The notes under the pieces are model-generated. The model had not been told where the DNA came from and made no database searches. It was given only the letters and a program-made list of their open reading frames with translations. The position numbers were made by a program, and so were the translations under genes. Below, piece by piece: positions 58,906 through 64,000 of a stretch of DNA of 64,000 bases; within the stretch, counting starts at the first letter, position 1; each line of letters begins with the position of its first letter. The DNA is from Tubulanus polymorphus (taxonomy: Eukaryota > Animalia > Nemertea): contig NC_134032.1 of NCBI RefSeq assembly GCF_964204645.1, forward strand, positions 5,878,275 through 5,942,274, given 5' to 3'.

Positions 58906-61900
58906 GTTAACAGTTGGCCCTAGCCTTTAGTAATCATTTACTCCAAGTTCAAGCTCACAACTTCGCCACTGGATCTCGTTTTACATCGTGTGTATATTTT
59001 ATGTAGAACCTGGGAGTTTTGCAATAAATGACTGTTGATATATTGGTGTGAAACCTTTGATCCTGTATATACCCAAGACCATATAATAACCATAATGTAG
59101 GTTTTATATAATTTTTCGATATTGAGGATGAGTACCATTTTGTCTTAATCTCACCTGCATTTTCTGACTTGAGGCTAGATTATAATATAGCGAGAAATTG
59201 CTGGACAAACGGGAATAAAGATATATTCACATCACTTGATTTCCAGTACCAACAAAATCAGGATATCCAATTTAGAATGTTTGATATATCAGCAGTATTT
59301 CGGACTTTTGCTATTTGATAAATGTCCGATAGAAAAGATGATAGTTTAGGTAGGGCCGAATGGTTAGACTAAAAGTTAATGTAATTGTGTCAATATCTTA
59401 ATACGCGATGAAAACTGTGGTTTTTCTGTATAATATGCCGAGTATCTGGGACAATGATGGCTAAAGCTAGTTCGGGGCGAGTAACGCGATGATTCTAGTT
59501 CCCCGTGTTCAATTAACGTCCAGTGGTCTTCATCTATTTGTTCAACAAATGAAGTTTGCGCGTGAAATTGTTCCGACGGCGTCCAAGAGACATTCAATTA
59601 GTCGTGAGTGCGCGAAAAATGGAAATCGAAGTATATCAATTGTGGACGATAATGCGACGAATGGACTCGGCATGTAAAGACTAAAAGACAATGATGTTTA
59701 CTTCGTATGCACGTAATACATTTTGTATATTGCTTTAATGGGTTAGCGGTAATATTCTTCTAAGAATTCCCTTAGGTAAGAATGTCCTTAGGTAAAACAG
59801 AATAGAATATCTGTATTTCGAACCAGTAATTGATTCCCAAAATAAAATACCACTCCATATACTGCAAGAAAATGCTAAAGCAAGGCTTGACTGTACTCGC
59901 AAGAAGACTACCTCATTCTAAGAAGCTAAATCAGAGCGATGTGCAAGAAAATAACGTGTGTCCGACGAGATTGGATAACACTTAACTGGTATACTCATGT
60001 GATTTGAGTTTTCAAGTTGATGAGCGCAGCTTAAACTGATGATTGTAGTACGTAAAAGGGTAATCCTCTTACGTGTCTTCTAATAACCTTTATCAATTTC
60101 TTTGATAATGAGGCTTACTTAAAACCTTGAAACGTTTCGGTTAGAAGAATAAATCTATTCGAACACCGTTGATTTCGGGTTCGTTTATCCATGGTGTTTA
60201 TACTGAAATGATCATAATTATGAATAATGGTGAGTAACATCAAATAAGAATGCAACTTTTCTAAAAAGTTATGTTTTTAGATTTAAGAAACGCAGTCCCA
60301 CGAAGACTGATTAACGTTCCATAAAATGTTTCAATCCGAAATAACAATAATGGAAATTTCGTACTAATGGACCGGACGGTGTAAAAACGGCTTCTGCTAT
60401 ATTTCAAGGCGTCGATAAGCGTTCAGGTCAACTAACTTGCTAACTTAAATCATTGTTGATTTAACGATTTAAATCTACGAAGTTGATTGATGATTTCCTG
60501 AAGATATACGAATGTACAGTGAAACGTGCCTTAAGTACCGGACACACCGTATATTTCCACGAAATAGGAAGATTGTCGTAGTTCATTTTTATATGTAAGT
60601 TGACTTGTGTAATTGCGATCGTTTCACCAATCAGCCAAGTCTTCCGAAGCGCAGGTACGTGACCAACTAGTGACATTAATTTCACGGCCATTTCGCCATA
60701 TGTATAATATGAATCCCAGCGGTTACAATAACATTTAAGTGGTCGTTACACCGTCCGTATGTTCCTGACTTTTGTGCGTGACTATAAAGGCTAATTCGTT
60801 ATGGATGGAATCCCGATAAACCTCGAAAAAATTCGCAACTTATATATCGCAATAGCCACTTACTGCAAGAAGAGCGTGGCCATAGAAAGTGTAGTACTGG
60901 ACCTACACGTATCGGACTAGTTCCACAGTTCTAGGACTGACTTGACTCAAGATTTGTCTAACACCTACGGCCTTTGACGCCATTTATTCAAAATTACTGG
61001 ATCCGCTTCTTTGGTGCACGAAATCCAAACCTAACACACAAATAAAGAAATGCACAGTCCTCGGATGGCTTCGGCGTTAGAACATCAGATACGACGAATA
61101 GACAACATACCTCCACATATTGAAATTTCAACAGTTATATGCTTTCGGCGTCGGGAAAATTACGCGTTGTGTCATAATGCCCTAATCAGGTTCATAACAG
61201 TTCTATAATTTATACTAGGTACTAGTCGGTTTTCCAATTGAAATAAGAGGCCCTGTTTGATGAAGTTTTATGCCGCGTAACGCTGTGTAGTACATACTGT
61301 ATATGCTCGTCAGCACGAGTCTTTCAAATTTTTTTTTACGGAGAATCTAGAAGGATTTAGATGTATGTGATATCTGCGTATTAGTATTACGAATATAGGG
61401 AAAAAGGTGCCAAGGAAATAATGGCCGATGAAAATTTGACGAAGTAAGATTTATGAGAATTGGGGATGAAACTAACTACCAGCAATGTTAATAATGACAT
61501 TCGTTCAGCTTTATATTCAATGATATTATTTATTTTTGATGAGGGATATTATATAGTTTGAGTAAAACAATACGGATTCATAAGATGAATTCAGAATAAT
61601 ACATAGAGATACGAAAAGCTGGAATTTACTGTAAGCCAATCGGTCGATCTTGTATGCAACATCAAAGTGGAAATCATATTCATTGTAAAACAGCAAAAAC
61701 AAGTCAGTAGTAAGACATTTAGAATTTAGTAATATTAACTGTAGAATTCATATGAACTGATGACATATCTGGTAACAAATATACCTAGAATACCTGTTAG
61801 AAATTAGTAAAGATGTCGGATTTGATAGTCATACGTGTACATTTGAGTAGATAGCAGAAATACATGAAGTAGGTATATTATTAGGTATTAAGTAGTAATA

Positions 61901-62034
61901 ATAGTTAGTAATATGCGGTGATTTAACGGTAATACCAGCAGAATAAAGTACTCGTACCAGCAGGTCGGACTAGGTATTTTTGCTAGTGGAATTAACTGCA
62001 GAATTTTGCCTGAATAAATTCGCAGAAAGAAGTA

Positions 62035-62205
62035 ATCTTACGTGTAGAATTTAGTGCTAATACGTGTAGAATCTAATATTAATACGTGTAGAATTTAGTA
62101 CTACGTATATAATTCAATATCAATACTTTTAGAATGTAGTACTAATACGTGTAGATTGTAGAGCTAACACGTGTAGAATTTAGTACTAATACGAGTAGAT
62201 TATAG
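62035..62205. repeat. ~22-bp minisatellite (ACTAATACGTGTAGAATTTAGT)n
   Basis: About 7-8 degenerate units. Confidence 0.85.
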
Positions 62206-62219
62206 ATATTTATTTCGAT

Positions 62220-64000
62220 ATTTATTCATTTCGTCAAAGTAATTATAATACTTGTATGACAATCTTTCATTGATTTTACCACTGGCGTTCTATCTCAAAA
62301 TGTACATACATATCTTTTACATTTAAGTAACCCTTAGAAGCAATTTTCGTCCCTTAAACATCTGTCGGAGAAATTTTCCAATACGCTTTAAGAGATGGTT
62401 GGATGTTGTGTTCATCAAATCTATGAATTTATAAATGCTCGGATTATTCCAATAGTATTGGGGAAGAAAATTACTTCTTGGGGTGTTATAGTGGGTATTC
62501 ATCTTCAATTTGAATCGAGTTCAACTACACAAACGGTTTTCGCGTGGGATCCGTGGCCTGGTCCATCTACCACTTTCTATCATAAGGTCATGGCTTCCAC
62601 GGCGGAATTTACTGAAAGCAGTTACTAAACTAGGATCATTAATATCAAGGTATTTCTCGTAGATAAAGGATGACTTAAAATACTTATATGTATAACATTT
62701 GCGGCTGGTTTCAAAAGAGTTAGACCAGTTTTGGATAAATTGGTCTTTTGCTCGACAAGTTTTATAAGAAAGGTGGCATTTCCTGCAACCTGGGAAATCC
62801 AAAAATTCCCAAGACCTAAATTATTAAATAAATCACGCATTTTGGACGCCCAATGAGATATGAGAGGGTTGTTGTTAATCTGGTTCAGGAGTAATTGGTA
62901 GCTTTTGTGGAGCAGCGTCGAGTGTGGGGCTTTCAATATTTTCACCCAAAATTCGGTAGCATAAATTTTAGCATGAATATACAGCGGGAAACGACCAAGT
63001 TCTCCGTAAACCATAACATATAGGAGTACTACTGCGGACACGAAGCAAATATTTGCAAAATGTTGGATGTATAGACTCAATAGCGTTAAGGTTATCAAAA
63101 GCCCATATTGGACTACTATAAACCAATACAGACTTGACTAGAGACTCAAAAATATCTAGTTTAACCTCAGGAGATAGAGGTCTAGCATTCAGCAGGTACT
63201 TTTTTCAGCGATAAGAAGGCTCGCGATCCTTGATCAGCAAGGGCTTTGATGGCTGCTGTGTGTTTACCATTATTTGATATCATAAGTGCGATACCGTTAT
63301 AGTAACAAGCTAGAGCATTTCTGGTATTTCTTCTTAGTCCTATTTTCATAACTTTGGTCTTTTCAGTATTTACATTGAGTCTCATCTTTGTATAATATTC
63401 AAATAGAATGTCCATACATCGCTGTAGAGCTTCAGGGGATTCTGCCAGAATAACAGTGTCATCTGCGTATAAGAGGATATAGAGTTTAAAAAGTTGCAAA
63501 TCGATCCCTGTGTGACCATTATCAATGAAATATTGCTCCATATCGTTGATATATAAATTAAATAATACAAGGGAGATGCATTCGCCTTGTCTGACCCCGA
63601 TGGTACATTTATAGAAACTGGAATTAAACCCATTATTTTTTACACACGATTCGTTGTTGGCGTACATAGATTTTATAATATTATATAACTTACCAGTAAT
63701 ACCAGCTTCTAGTAATTGTTTCCAGAGAATATCATGGTTTATTGAATCAAAAGCTTTGGAAAAATCCACAAACCCTAGACAGGCGTTCGTTTTGTTGTTC
63801 TTTACACTATAGTAAATAGCAGACGACAGGACGAACGATTGCTGTGTTTTACCATTGTTTGATCGAAAACCAGCCTGGGAATTTATAAACAACGTGATAA
63901 GTTTCAGTCCAGTGAATAAGACGTGTGTTTAGAATTAGGAAATGATTTTTCCAAAGCAACTTAGAACTGTGATTCCGCGGTAGTTGTTTGGATCAGAAGT
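62220..64000 (-). pseudogene. Non-LTR retrotransposon ORF2 RT remnant (RTE-X-like), running off the window end
   Basis: NYRGIT, QAGFR, FVDFSKAFD, GVRQG..S..LF..YIND, LLYADD, VYGELGRFPL, KFR..SH.L.IE.GRW..IPRENRLC. Confidence 0.9.

Noticed and set aside
60100-60140. Possible hammerhead (TTGATAA..GAAACGTT)
   Set aside because: The core has two mismatches to CUGANGA and stem II is weak, so it is not supportable.

Overview
Repeat-saturated metazoan (invertebrate-like) genomic DNA made almost entirely of nested mobile elements; I recognised no host gene. (1) 1-17.8 kb: a Gypsy remnant is interrupted by a young BEL/Pao LTR element (534-16030, TSD GTGAC). The BEL RT motif is itself split by a 9.7-kb TA-targeting TIR element carrying a Penelope remnant and a long-TIR element. 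(2) 19-30.5 kb: small gene-carrying elements with Polinton-type ends. One is complete (24668-30522, 6-bp TSD), one is rearranged, and two are fold-back end pairs. (3) 36659-50063: a 13.4-kb decayed Polinton/Maverick endogenous virus (pPolB, minor and major capsid, rve integrase, packaging ATPase; TSD TATGGA) inside a CR1/L2-type LINE. (4) 52.5-64 kb: Harbinger, Kolobok-like and LINE remnants. The most notable signals are these. Nearly every Polinton gene starts at a poxvirus late-promoter-like T-run/~6 nt/TAAATG motif. The Polinton and the mini-elements share a terminal code (AGTAAT, then AGGTCGA at position 31), suggesting a helper virus / Polinton / satellite system. Three micro-palindromes with 7-bp TSDs look like P-element excision scars. 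All calls come from reading motifs by eye; no database searches were run.
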